Virus record (IMG/VR): IMGVR_UViG_3300042540_001822
Coordinates: 124,001 to 188,000 of that record
Length of the DNA: 64,000 nucleotides
Reading direction: 5' to 3' (one strand)
In this document: positions 1 through 8,419 of the stretch, piece after piece
How positions within the stretch are numbered: position 1 is the first letter of the stretch
Layout of the letters: the number at the start of each line of letters is the position of its first letter
Notes under the pieces: model-generated
Databases searched by the model: none
The model's input: the letters and a program-made list of their open reading frames with translations, nothing else
What the model was told of the DNA's origin: nothing
Position numbers and translations under genes: made by a program

Positions 1-1126
1 TAGATAACGGCATTTTTATGCTTGGGTGGGATTGATAATTCTCCAATTTCCAGAAATCTGGTTTAAATTGTTCGATCTTTTGAGAAAATGGTATATCCAG
101 ATCCATCAAATAATGGTACTCGTCTTTCCCTAACATTTGTGGTAAAGAATAAGGCTTTCTTGTTAGCTGATCTTTAACCCCATCTATTTGATTCAAGTAA
201 ATGTGACAGTCTCCCATATTTGAAATGAGTTCATATGGTACCATACCAACCTCTTTAGCTATAATTGTTAATAATAGCCCATAAGATGCCAAATTAAAAG
301 GGGTCCCTAGTGGAACATCTTGACTTCTGGCATTGCACATTAAAGAGATTGCTCTGGTTGGGATATTAGATTTAGAAAGTTCAATGTGTATTTCATGCTC
401 GTTCATGTTTTCTGAATTTGAAGTGCAGTCAAAAAACTCTTCAAAGTAACTTAATCGTTCTTTAACGCTCAACTCTCTTGTATAAACTTGAAATCCATAA
501 TGACAAGGTGGAAGAGTCATCGAATCCAATTCACCTACATTCCAAGCTGAAACCATCAATCGTCTTGAGTCTGGGTTTGTTTTGAGTTCGTTGATTAGGT
601 TTTGGATTTGGTCTATTTTATTGTTTGGCCAAAATAAAGGTAGTTTATTTGGTCCAAAGTCATCTTGCCAACTTCTCCACTGCTTACCATAGATTGGACC
701 TAAATCACCCCACTTCTTAGCAAACTCATCATCTGTTTTAATTTTGTTGATAAATTCTTCTTTTGGATAAATTAGTTGTTTTTCTAATATCTGTATTGAT
801 ATCTCACTTCTGTCACCCTCAGTCCTGATAGCATGTTTATGTTTCTTTACATATGCTTTGTAACAATCACCATCCCAAATATGACAATCATTATCAACAA
901 GGTATTTAATATTTGTTTCTCCTCTTAAAAACCAAAGTAACTCAGTTACAATTGACTTCCAATGCATTTTTTTGGTTGTGAGTAATGGAAACCCCTCACT
1001 CATTTTATGACGGATTTGTCTACCAAATACTGAAATAGTACCAGTACCCGTTCTATCTTTCTTTTCCACTCCATTATCTAATATATCTTGGAGTAGTGAT
1101 TGATATTGTTTGTCTAAATTATTCAT
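1..1126 (-). CDS. thyA: Thymidylate synthase, running off the left edge within its last codons (not in ORF track)
   Basis: Manual translation: MNNLDKQYQSLLQDILDNGVEKKDRTGTGTISVFGRQ...FPLLTTKK...ELLWFLRG...LPPCHYGF...RSQDVPLGTPFNLASY...GDCHIYLNQ...YQSHPSIKMPLS. Confidence 0.97.
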   Translation of the reverse strand, partial: MNNLDKQYQSLLQDILDNGVEKKDRTGTGTISVFGRQIRHKMSEGFPLLTTKKMHWKSIVTELLWFLRGETNIKYLVDNDCHIWDGDCYKAYVKKHKHAIRTEGDRSEISIQILEKQLIYPKEEFINKIKTDDEFAKKWGDLGPIYGKQWRSWQDDFGPNKLPLFWPNNKIDQIQNLINELKTNPDSRRLMVSAWNVGELDSMTLPPCHYGFQVYTRELSVKERLSYFEEFFDCTSNSENMNEHEIHIELSKSNIPTRAISLMCNARSQDVPLGTPFNLASYGLLLTIIAKEVGMVPYELISNMGDCHIYLNQIDGVKDQLTRKPYSLPQMLGKDEYHYLMDLDIPFSQKIEQFKPDFWKLENYQSHPSIKMPLS

Positions 1127-1418
1127 CTGTCAATTCTTTAACGTATTCTTTTACAATGTAATCAGGTGCTGGTAAAATATCAAGTCGGTGTGCTATTTCT
1201 GTCAAACCAAATTCTTCATCTACCATCAATTCTTCTCTTAATGAATCTGCATCTTTCTTTGTTGGTTTATCCCAATACCCAACAAAGTGAAGTATGTTTA
1301 TCATATCACCTTCTTGGGTTGGATCAATAACTATCAATCCGTATTTAATGTCTTTTAGGTCTGGATCTTTATTCATAATCTTTGTTAAAGGAGGTATTGG
1401 TTTATCTAAATTATTCAT
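1119..1418 (-). CDS. Hypothetical protein; N-terminus (MNNLDK) shared with thyA
   Basis: ORF track; 8-bp overlap with thyA start. Confidence 0.75.
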   Translation of the reverse strand: MNNLDKPIPPLTKIMNKDPDLKDIKYGLIVIDPTQEGDMINILHFVGYWDKPTKKDADSLREELMVDEEFGLTEIAHRLDILPAPDYIVKEYVKELTDE

Positions 1419-1420
1419 CT

Positions 1421-1639
1421 TTACCTAAATTTTTTTAATCTCTCTACAATATTATTATTGATCCCAGTACAAAAATCACGTTCAAATATATTCATTAGTG
1501 CTTGTTCAGCATCAACACCGCATTCATTTGTTGCCAATGCTATACATTCATCATCTGTCTTATTGTGCCAGAATGATAAATGTTTCAAAAACCAAGCACC
1601 GTCTTCTATTATTATTTTTCTTGGTCCTTCGTTATTCAT
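1421..1639 (-). CDS. Hypothetical protein (MNNE start)
   Basis: ORF track; coupled overlap with upstream gene. Confidence 0.7.
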   Translation of the reverse strand: MNNEGPRKIIIEDGAWFLKHLSFWHNKTDDECIALATNECGVDAEQALMNIFERDFCTGINNNIVERLKKFR

Positions 1640-1817
1640 AATGTTCTAATTGTTGTTCGTTAAAAATGTGTAATAATCCATATTCATCCATTTCGGCTAC
1701 TAATCTAATTTCACCTTTTATTGTTGTGAATACGGATACAATTGTGCAAGGAAATTTATATCCTTTCGGTTTCCACGCTTTGTCTCCTACTTTAAATTTT
1801 GTGTTATTCATTTTCAT
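1632..1817 (-). CDS. Small hypothetical protein, KOW/SH3-like beta fold (FKVGDKAW...)
   Basis: ORF track; its 3' 76 bp are duplicated at 2772-2847. Confidence 0.7.
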   Translation of the reverse strand: MKMNNTKFKVGDKAWKPKGYKFPCTIVSVFTTIKGEIRLVAEMDEYGLLHIFNEQQLEHYE

Positions 1818-2091
1818 ATTTGTTAATTGTATCTTCCATCTGGTGGAACATTTGTTTAATTCTCATCCCAAGTTCATATGGGTCGGCGTACTTAACCCCT
1901 TCTAGTGTTATTGTTTGGTTGGCTTTGAACCATTGTGGTATTTTAGACCATTTCTCTTGACCCCAAAGTCCTTTATATTTTTTATACCCCACATCATGCA
2001 TTGTAACCAAACAATCAAATTTGATTTCACATACTCGTTGTGTATTTGCAACAACTTCGGGTACAGGTGTTATTTCAATTTCTTTATTCAT
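1804..2091 (-). CDS. Hypothetical protein
   Basis: ORF track; follows junction motif. Confidence 0.7.
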   Translation of the reverse strand: MNKEIEITPVPEVVANTQRVCEIKFDCLVTMHDVGYKKYKGLWGQEKWSKIPQWFKANQTITLEGVKYADPYELGMRIKQMFHQMEDTINKYENE

Positions 2092-2213
2092 AAACTTCTA
2101 TGTTCTAAATGTTTTTTCCAAATGGTTACTACCGCTTCTGTTATTGGGCCTTTTAGTTTTGACCAACGATTAATCCAGTGTTGAATTTCTTCTTTGTCAA
2201 TAAGTTTGTTCAT
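2088..2213 (-). CDS. Small hypothetical protein, 41 aa (MNKLIDKEEIQHWINRWSKLKGP...)
   Basis: Manual translation; exactly fills the gap, with 4-bp ATGA overlaps on both sides. Confidence 0.6.
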   Translation of the reverse strand: MNKLIDKEEIQHWINRWSKLKGPITEAVVTIWKKHLEHRSL

Positions 2214-2443
2214 CTTGGTAATTTGTTGTATTTATTTACGAACCAATCAATTCGAGTTATTCGCCACAAATAATAAAGAATAATCTTTTTCTTATTATTT
2301 GTCCATATTTTACTAGTCCCATTTTTATCCGAGAGGATTATATAAGGTGTCTCCACAACAATCCAAGGAGTATGAATAACTTTTCCTTTTACCTCTATGG
2401 TTTCTAACTTTAAGTCTATTGTTGGTATTTCTTCTTTACTCAT
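2210..2443 (-). CDS. Hypothetical protein
   Basis: ORF track; ATG sits in junction motif. Confidence 0.65.
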   Translation of the reverse strand: MSKEEIPTIDLKLETIEVKGKVIHTPWIVVETPYIILSDKNGTSKIWTNNKKKIILYYLWRITRIDWFVNKYNKLPR

Positions 2444-2449
2444 AACTTT

Positions 2450-2767
2450 CTATTGTTTAGTTGGTAATATCGTTATTCTACATTCTATAAAATCTACCGA
2501 TTTATTTAGTCGATGATAAATGTTAATCTCTTTTATTGGAGTCCCATCATCCAAACTCAACTCTCTTTCCTCAATCCGTAATCCCCATGTTTCGGGGAAC
2601 TCAGAATCGGTTTTACATTTGTTGATAAACTCTTGTTTTTTTAATTGTCTGTAATTTTTTTTGCCATCTCCATCATCTAACCAATTTTCTTCGGGATGAT
2701 ATACCATTTTTTCTAAATAATTTTCATACGCCTCATCAATCATCTGATTCATTTTTTCGTTATTCAT
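2450..2767 (-). CDS. MNNEK-family paralogue 1
   Basis: MNNEKMNQMIDEAYENYL...EFINKCKTDSEF..WGL.IEERELS. Confidence 0.85.
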   Translation of the reverse strand: MNNEKMNQMIDEAYENYLEKMVYHPEENWLDDGDGKKNYRQLKKQEFINKCKTDSEFPETWGLRIEERELSLDDGTPIKEINIYHRLNKSVDFIECRITILPTKQ

Positions 2768-2838
2768 AACTTTCTAATTGTTGTTCGTTAAAAATGTGTA
2801 ACAATCCATATTCATCCATTTCGGCTACTAATCTAATT

Positions 2839-3075
2839 TCACCTTTTTTTCTTTTGAACGATATCAATATATTCTTTTAATATATTCGCAGCCCTCTGAC
2901 TCGGTTTTCCATTCTCAACCGTGAACAAATACTTCTCAAAGAAATACCTCAGCGCTTCCACGTCCGATAGTTTTGCACCTGGCAATGTTTCCTTGTTCGA
3001 TTCCATACATTCTCCTGTGCAAGATTCTCCACAACTGTAAAGACATCCTTGCGTTCCTGAATAACCTATTCCCAT
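2839..3075 (-). CDS. Hypothetical protein with Cys-rich N-terminus
   Basis: ORF track. Confidence 0.6.
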   Translation of the reverse strand: MGIGYSGTQGCLYSCGESCTGECMESNKETLPGAKLSDVEALRYFFEKYLFTVENGKPSQRAANILKEYIDIVQKKKR

Positions 3076-3113
3076 ACTTTATCCTTTATGTGTTTTTTGT
3101 TATACATAATCTT

Positions 3114-3356
3114 CTATTGTTTCGTTGTATTTCCAAAGTGTGATATGTCATAGGACATTTTCTCTGTTTCTTCAACAGTATTATCATCTTTTATTTTACC
3201 AATACTTCTAGATGACACCCAAACAGTTTGATTTTGAGTAAGTAGTTTATTCACTTTTTTTGATGACTCACCATCATTAAATTGAATGGTCTTTCCTTCG
3301 TCTGTCGTGTATCCGACAATTTCACCATTATATTTTACAGGGATTTCTTTACTCAT
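3114..3356 (-). CDS. Hypothetical protein
   Basis: ORF track; junction motif at both ends. Confidence 0.7.
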   Translation of the reverse strand: MSKEIPVKYNGEIVGYTTDEGKTIQFNDGESSKKVNKLLTQNQTVWVSSRSIGKIKDDNTVEETEKMSYDISHFGNTTKQ

Positions 3357-3711
3357 AACTTTCTATTTTAGTTCCGTTGTATGTTATTGTGATTAGTTTG
3401 GTTGGGATGTTATCATTATTTAATTCTTCTTCAAGTTGTTTTCGTTTTATGTTTAAATAATATAAACCTCTAACATTGTGAGAATACTCAAATCGTTCTT
3501 CAAAACTCAACTCTCTTTCCTCAATCTTCAATCCCCATTTTTTTGAGAACTCAGAATCGGTTTTACATTTGTTTATGAACTCTTCTTTTGTTAATCTAAA
3601 TCCCAACTCTAACATTTTTTCTTTTGACATATTAGGTAAGATTCTGGCATCTTCAATTAAGTAATTCTCATACACCTCATCAATAATCTGATTGTATTTT
3701 TCGTTATTCAT
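3349..3711 (-). CDS. MNNEK-family paralogue 2
   Basis: Shared N-terminus, FINKCKTDSEF core and KLITITYNGTKIESYE tail. Confidence 0.85.
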   Translation of the reverse strand: MNNEKYNQIIDEVYENYLIEDARILPNMSKEKMLELGFRLTKEEFINKCKTDSEFSKKWGLKIEERELSFEERFEYSHNVRGLYYLNIKRKQLEEELNNDNIPTKLITITYNGTKIESYE

Positions 3712-4156
3712 ACCTTTCTATTTTAGTTCCGTTGTATGTTATTGTGATTAGTTTGGTTGGGATATTATGTTCATCACATAATTTGTTACAATAATCAAAC
3801 TCGGTCATATTAGGAGTTAAACCCGCCATCAACCATCTTTCCATCATGTCCAATTCTCTTTCCTCAATCTTTAATCCACCACCCACTTTAAAAAATGAAC
3901 GATTTGTAAGTTGAGTAAATCTTTGTTTACCATCTTTATCTGAAAATTTCACCATATACACTTTGTTTTCATCACGTTCATTTTCAGTTGATGGTACAAC
4001 ATATCTTATTTCACCAATTTCACCTTTGTCAATAGAATATCCATATTCACCATCATCTTCATTCTTTTCAATATCATATTTTAGTTCTACCAAATCACCT
4101 TTTAAGTAGTTCTCATACGCCTCATCAATAATTTGATTCATTTTTTCGTTATTCAT
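3704..4156 (-). CDS. MNNEK-family paralogue 3, chimeric (core replaced by unrelated ~75 aa)
   Basis: Keeps MNNEK N-terminus and LKIEEREL...IERYE tail; lacks FINKCKTD. Confidence 0.85.
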   Translation of the reverse strand: MNNEKMNQIIDEAYENYLKGDLVELKYDIEKNEDDGEYGYSIDKGEIGEIRYVVPSTENERDENKVYMVKFSDKDGKQRFTQLTNRSFFKVGGGLKIEERELDMMERWLMAGLTPNMTEFDYCNKLCDEHNIPTKLITITYNGTKIERYE

Positions 4157-4484
4157 GTATCCTTTTTAGTTTTTCATATTCAGGTCGAATACATTCAAAA
4201 ATTATTTCATCTGCCACCATCTGTGCTAACTGAGGAGAGCCTCCCATAGCATTCCAACCCATATCTTCGGCTATGGAATTTCTGAGAAAAAGTTTGACTG
4301 GCTTCATGTCTACACTAGGTATTTTAATTTCAACATCACATCCCAATGCACCTGCTGGTGCATCCTCGGAAGGAGCTAATCGATAGGCTTCACTGACAAT
4401 TTGAACATCGGTTCCTCCAAATGATCTTTTCATAAATTCAACTGCTATTGGAATTGCAGGAGGAACTTCTTTAATGTTTTCCAT
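4149..4484 (-). CDS. Hypothetical protein
   Basis: ORF track; coupled overlaps. Confidence 0.75.
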   Translation of the reverse strand: MENIKEVPPAIPIAVEFMKRSFGGTDVQIVSEAYRLAPSEDAPAGALGCDVEIKIPSVDMKPVKLFLRNSIAEDMGWNAMGGSPQLAQMVADEIIFECIRPEYEKLKRIHE

Positions 4485-4725
4485 TTTCTTTTATTAGTTT
4501 GTATAGAATAGATCTATCAATATGTTTAGATAGACAAGCTGCATTTATGTCTGGGTATTTTTCCTGAACGCCTTCATTTAGACAAAATTGGTAGCTCTCT
4601 TTATCGAATTGCGCCAATTCTTCATCTGTCATTTTATTCATCCATTCTTCATTGAATTCGTTTCTGATGATTGGTCTTTGCAGCAATTCTTGTATTGTTA
4701 TTGAATAATTGTTATTCTGTTCCAT
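4471..4725 (-). CDS. Hypothetical protein
   Basis: ORF track. Confidence 0.7.
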   Translation of the reverse strand: MEQNNNYSITIQELLQRPIIRNEFNEEWMNKMTDEELAQFDKESYQFCLNEGVQEKYPDINAACLSKHIDRSILYKLIKENGKH

Positions 4726-5275
4726 ATTCTCCTTTTACGATTCTACCTCGATCGATGTCGAGTTGAATCTCATTAGTGATAAAGTCGATCTCTTTTTGGA
4801 TCTCAGCTTCAACGTCCATTCCTTCTCGAAGTCGAAGCATTCCCGGATAGAAGAGAAATCCCTTCATAATCTTGTCGTTGACTGCTAGACGTTCTCCTCG
4901 GCTCATTTCCACTCGGTAACCAGGAAATCTTTCCTGTAGGCCTTTGAGGATCCGCCAGAAAGGACGACATTTCTCACCCAGTGCATTGTACTGTTCGGGG
5001 TCTTGAGAGGCAAACACCATTCCGCCGGATTCGTTGACGATGAAGTAACCTTGTCCGAATGAGTGTCCGTAAGATCCGTAGAGGTGAACTGATTCGTAAG
5101 AATGCACACTAATTCTTCCGCTTTCGTACTCGGTAACATGGTCTCCCATGTGGTTTCGATATTTACGTTTGATGGGTTGAGGTTCCATCGAAGGCTGAAA
5201 GCCTCGAATTTGATCTGCGATGGTGGTAGCCGCTACTTGTTTGACTATCGGGAATTTCAAGTTTTCGAATGACAT
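4712..5275 (-). CDS. Hypothetical protein; N-terminus LKFPIVKQVAATTIADQI recurs in huge-phage proteins
   Basis: ORF track; visibly more GC-rich than its flanks. Confidence 0.75.
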   Translation of the reverse strand: MSFENLKFPIVKQVAATTIADQIRGFQPSMEPQPIKRKYRNHMGDHVTEYESGRISVHSYESVHLYGSYGHSFGQGYFIVNESGGMVFASQDPEQYNALGEKCRPFWRILKGLQERFPGYRVEMSRGERLAVNDKIMKGFLFYPGMLRLREGMDVEAEIQKEIDFITNEIQLDIDRGRIVKGEYGTE

Positions 5276-5332
5276 TTTTAGTATGTTTTGAAAGGAGGTT
5301 TTGGCATGTTTTTCATTCTAATTAAATGGTGC

Positions 5333-5476
5333 TTATAGTTTCAGTTTTTTGATAAATTCTTCGCCAATTTCGGGGTTAAACAAAAGAGAAACCAAAATCA
5401 CCCCCGTGAAGATTATAAAAAACAGTGCAAACAAGGACGAGAGGAAGATGAAAATAAAATTAAGCAGGCTACTCAT
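5333..5476 (-). CDS. Small single-pass membrane protein, 47 aa (MSSLLNFIFIFLSSLFALFFIIFTGVILVSLLFNPE...)
   Basis: Manual translation; ATG sits in junction motif. Confidence 0.6.
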   Translation of the reverse strand: MSSLLNFIFIFLSSLFALFFIIFTGVILVSLLFNPEIGEEFIKKLKL

Positions 5477-5512
5477 AGATTTCTATTGTTCCGTTTTTAT
5501 ATGTTATTGTGA

Positions 5513-5854
5513 TTAGTTTGGTATTAATCCAAATCTAAAATAAGGTTTACCATAAGTTGCATTTGTAACTATAATCCCTTCAGATTCATTTATTTCTCTC
5601 ACATCAGATTCAGTTAATTCACTTCTGCATCGTAAGGGGATGAAGATATTGTTATCAACAGTTAATTCTAGATTCCCATTACCATCATCAACTAATTCAA
5701 GTGCATCTGGTTGGTATTTGCCACCAACAAGACATTTTCGTGTTTTTGACCAAATAACAAGAGATGGTGATTCTGTTGCTATTATTTTGGTTTGGTAAAC
5801 ACCTTTATTGATAAACCTAGTTACCGTTTCTTGTATTGTTTCTTCTTTATTCAT
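5513..5854 (-). CDS. Hypothetical protein
   Basis: ORF track; 3' end runs into an MNNEK tail remnant. Confidence 0.7.
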   Translation of the reverse strand: MNKEETIQETVTRFINKGVYQTKIIATESPSLVIWSKTRKCLVGGKYQPDALELVDDGNGNLELTVDNNIFIPLRCRSELTESDVREINESEGIIVTNATYGKPYFRFGLIPN

Positions 5855-6155
5855 AAACTTCTATTATTTCGTTTTTATAAACAACAATCAATTTATTTTT
5901 TCTTTTTGATGTTGTAATTATAACATCACCAAAATCTTCTGTATGTGGAATCAAGTCGTAAGTTTCTTTTATTAACAATCCCCACCTTTCAGAGAACTCT
6001 GAATCGGTTTTACATTTGTTTATGAAATCTTGTTTTGTTAGCGTGGGTAATTTAATTGAAGTTGGGCCAAATCCATCATATTGAGAGGTTTTAATACTAT
6101 CCCAATATCTCTCATACACCTCATCAATCATCTGATTGATTTTTTCGTTATTCAT
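5847..6155 (-). CDS. MNNEK-family paralogue 4
   Basis: MNNEKINQMIDEVYE...LTKQDFINKCKTDSEFSERWGL...IIEVYE. Confidence 0.85.
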   Translation of the reverse strand: MNNEKINQMIDEVYERYWDSIKTSQYDGFGPTSIKLPTLTKQDFINKCKTDSEFSERWGLLIKETYDLIPHTEDFGDVIITTSKRKNKLIVVYKNEIIEVYE

Positions 6156-6158
6156 GTC

Positions 6159-6560
6159 TTAATATTTGTAATAATTACCATCGTTCTCCTTATCAGTTAA
6201 AAAATAAACTTTAAATCCTTTCAGTACTGACATTGCTCTGTTCATACAGGTTTCAATAGAATCAAATTCACCCCAATTTTCAACTCTTAAAGAAAGTTCT
6301 TCATACGTCCTTAAAGATATGGGAGATGTGGTAGTTAATTTATATTTTTTATTGATAGGTGTAATAGTAAAACTTAATGGAAATTTGGAGTTATTAATCT
6401 TTCCAATAATGTATTCCTTATTTTCCATATTTAAGTGGGTTAAATCTTGACTTTCAGATTCAAAAGATATTAGACCTACTGTCGAATACCCGTTTGATGT
6501 AAATGGATTTGATAAACCTCTACTTTCAATATAATGTTTTTTCCAATTAATTATCAACAT
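6159..6560 (-). CDS. Hypothetical protein
   Basis: ORF track; ATG sits in junction motif. Confidence 0.7.
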   Translation of the reverse strand: MLIINWKKHYIESRGLSNPFTSNGYSTVGLISFESESQDLTHLNMENKEYIIGKINNSKFPLSFTITPINKKYKLTTTSPISLRTYEELSLRVENWGEFDSIETCMNRAMSVLKGFKVYFLTDKENDGNYYKY

Positions 6561-6933
6561 AACTTTCTACTATTTCGTTGTTATATGTTATTGTGATTAG
6601 TTTGGTTGGTACATTATGTTCATCACATAATTTGTTGCAATAATCAAACTCGGTCATATTAGGAGTTAAATCAGCCATTTTCCATCTTTCTTCCATAAAT
6701 AACTCTCTTTCTTCAATCTTTAGTCCCCACATTTCAGAGAACTCTGAATCGGTTTTACATTTGTTGATAAACTCTTCTTTTGTTAAGAGATTTATAAGAG
6801 CAACTCTAACTTTTTTTCCTTGTGAACGAAGTCTTTCGACTTCTTTCTTTTGAATGTCTCGTTGCGTCTCAATGTGCTTTTTATATTTCTCATACGCCTC
6901 ATCAATCATCTGATTCATTTTTTCGTTATTCAT
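6547..6933 (-). CDS. MNNEK-family paralogue 5 (start moved to the MNNEK ATG at 6933)
   Basis: Family motifs; tail DNA nearly identical to paralogue 3. Confidence 0.85.
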   Translation of the reverse strand: MNNEKMNQMIDEAYEKYKKHIETQRDIQKKEVERLRSQGKKVRVALINLLTKEEFINKCKTDSEFSEMWGLKIEERELFMEERWKMADLTPNMTEFDYCNKLCDEHNVPTKLITITYNNEIVESYVDN

Positions 6934-7687
6934 TATCTTTTTTTTCACGTCTAAACCAATTAATCATTCCATCATAAAAAACACTACCATGATTTATTGA
7001 ACCATAATCTTTGTGTTCTGCAAAATGTTCAGCATCCAACAAATCATCTTCGTTTTGTGTTGAGTTTGGTGGTTCTATATTTGATTTTCTTTTTTCTAAC
7101 TCATCCCACCATTCATCCGATGTCATATAACTCAAATCGGGATTAATCCTAATTTCTCCGGGTTCATACCCTAGTAAGATTGTTGCGGGTAATCCATAAT
7201 ACCATATTTTTCGCCCAATCTCTTCTTTCGGATTTAGAAAATTAAAAGGATGTTCTGATATTTTGCTTATCACATGCTGTGCTTCTGCTAATGACCCACC
7301 TAAATCTCCCCAATGAAATTTATAAACTTCCTTACCATTTGCTTTAATGGTGCATATCCCACCATTTCTAATGCTCCATTCATCCCACTTATATTTGGTT
7401 GAATTAAATTGTGCATAATTTACTTCCCAACAAACTCTATGAACCCCTTTATCAATGTATGGGATAAGCTCTCTTATAGTTGGTACTTCATCATCATTAT
7501 CCGAATGATAAACTGAATAGTCCAACCACCAAGTATCAGGACACCCATTCCATTTACCTAAATTGTGTTCATATCCTTCAATTGAATAAACTGGATAAAG
7601 TTTTTCTCTTATTAGAATATCAAATATTTTACGAGGTTTTCCAAATTTTTCGGTGGCCTGTTGTAATGTGTAATTTTGTTGTTCCAT
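6926..7687 (-). CDS. Hypothetical protein
   Basis: 253-aa ORF with coupled overlap. Confidence 0.8.
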   Translation of the reverse strand: MEQQNYTLQQATEKFGKPRKIFDILIREKLYPVYSIEGYEHNLGKWNGCPDTWWLDYSVYHSDNDDEVPTIRELIPYIDKGVHRVCWEVNYAQFNSTKYKWDEWSIRNGGICTIKANGKEVYKFHWGDLGGSLAEAQHVISKISEHPFNFLNPKEEIGRKIWYYGLPATILLGYEPGEIRINPDLSYMTSDEWWDELEKRKSNIEPPNSTQNEDDLLDAEHFAEHKDYGSINHGSVFYDGMINWFRREKKDNE

Positions 7688-7690
7688 AAC

Positions 7691-7993
7691 TTATTTTTCA
7701 AATTTTTTTAATTCATCGTATAAATCTTGATTTAACTCTTTGAGTTTATTTCCCAGTTCTAAAAGAGTGTGTTCGCTCCAATATCCTTTTCCATCTTCGG
7801 GTTCAAAATAGTAAAATCCATCAACGTCAGGAACAAAATAACCTATCAATTTTCCACCATGTTTCTTGGTGGTGATTTTAAAACTATTGTTTGATAGTTC
7901 GTAGTTTAACATTGAGTTTGTAGCTTTGTAAAGTACATGTCCATTAGGATAACTGGAGTAAAATTCTATCTTCTTTTTTAAAACATTCCCCAT
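7691..7993 (-). CDS. Hypothetical protein (start uncertain)
   Basis: ORF track. Confidence 0.65.
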   Translation of the reverse strand: MGNVLKKKIEFYSSYPNGHVLYKATNSMLNYELSNNSFKITTKKHGGKLIGYFVPDVDGFYYFEPEDGKGYWSEHTLLELGNKLKELNQDLYDELKKFEK

Positions 7994-8399
7994 TTATTAT
8001 CATATCCCCACTTTCATTTCTTTCAGTTTCAACGGTACAATAAATCCATCTGAGTTGTTGAAGGTGAGATACAACGCTAGATATTTTACACCATTTAGGT
8101 TTAAACATATCACTTGCCGTGTCTATATCATCTAACAACTTAAACATAAATTCAAGTTTATGTGTTAATGTTGCAATATTAATACCTCTACGTTGTGATA
8201 AATCAATAGCATAAGTATCTTCAATCATTTTAACTAATTCATCATCAACAGAGTGAGCCTCTTTTGCTTTGTTATAGCAATACTTCACATAATTTTTATT
8301 ACCTTCTATCCCTTCATACCCTTCGAGAATATCTTCAATTGATGATAACACATCTCTTAATTTGTTTGCTGAATATAGCATTTTGTCTTTGTCATTCAT
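7944..8399 (-). CDS. Hypothetical protein
   Basis: ORF track; ATG sits in junction motif. Confidence 0.75.
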   Translation of the reverse strand: MNDKDKMLYSANKLRDVLSSIEDILEGYEGIEGNKNYVKYCYNKAKEAHSVDDELVKMIEDTYAIDLSQRRGINIATLTHKLEFMFKLLDDIDTASDMFKPKWCKISSVVSHLQQLRWIYCTVETERNESGDMIINGECFKKEDRILLQLS

Positions 8400-8419
8400 A
8401 ACTTTCTATTGTTTACAGT

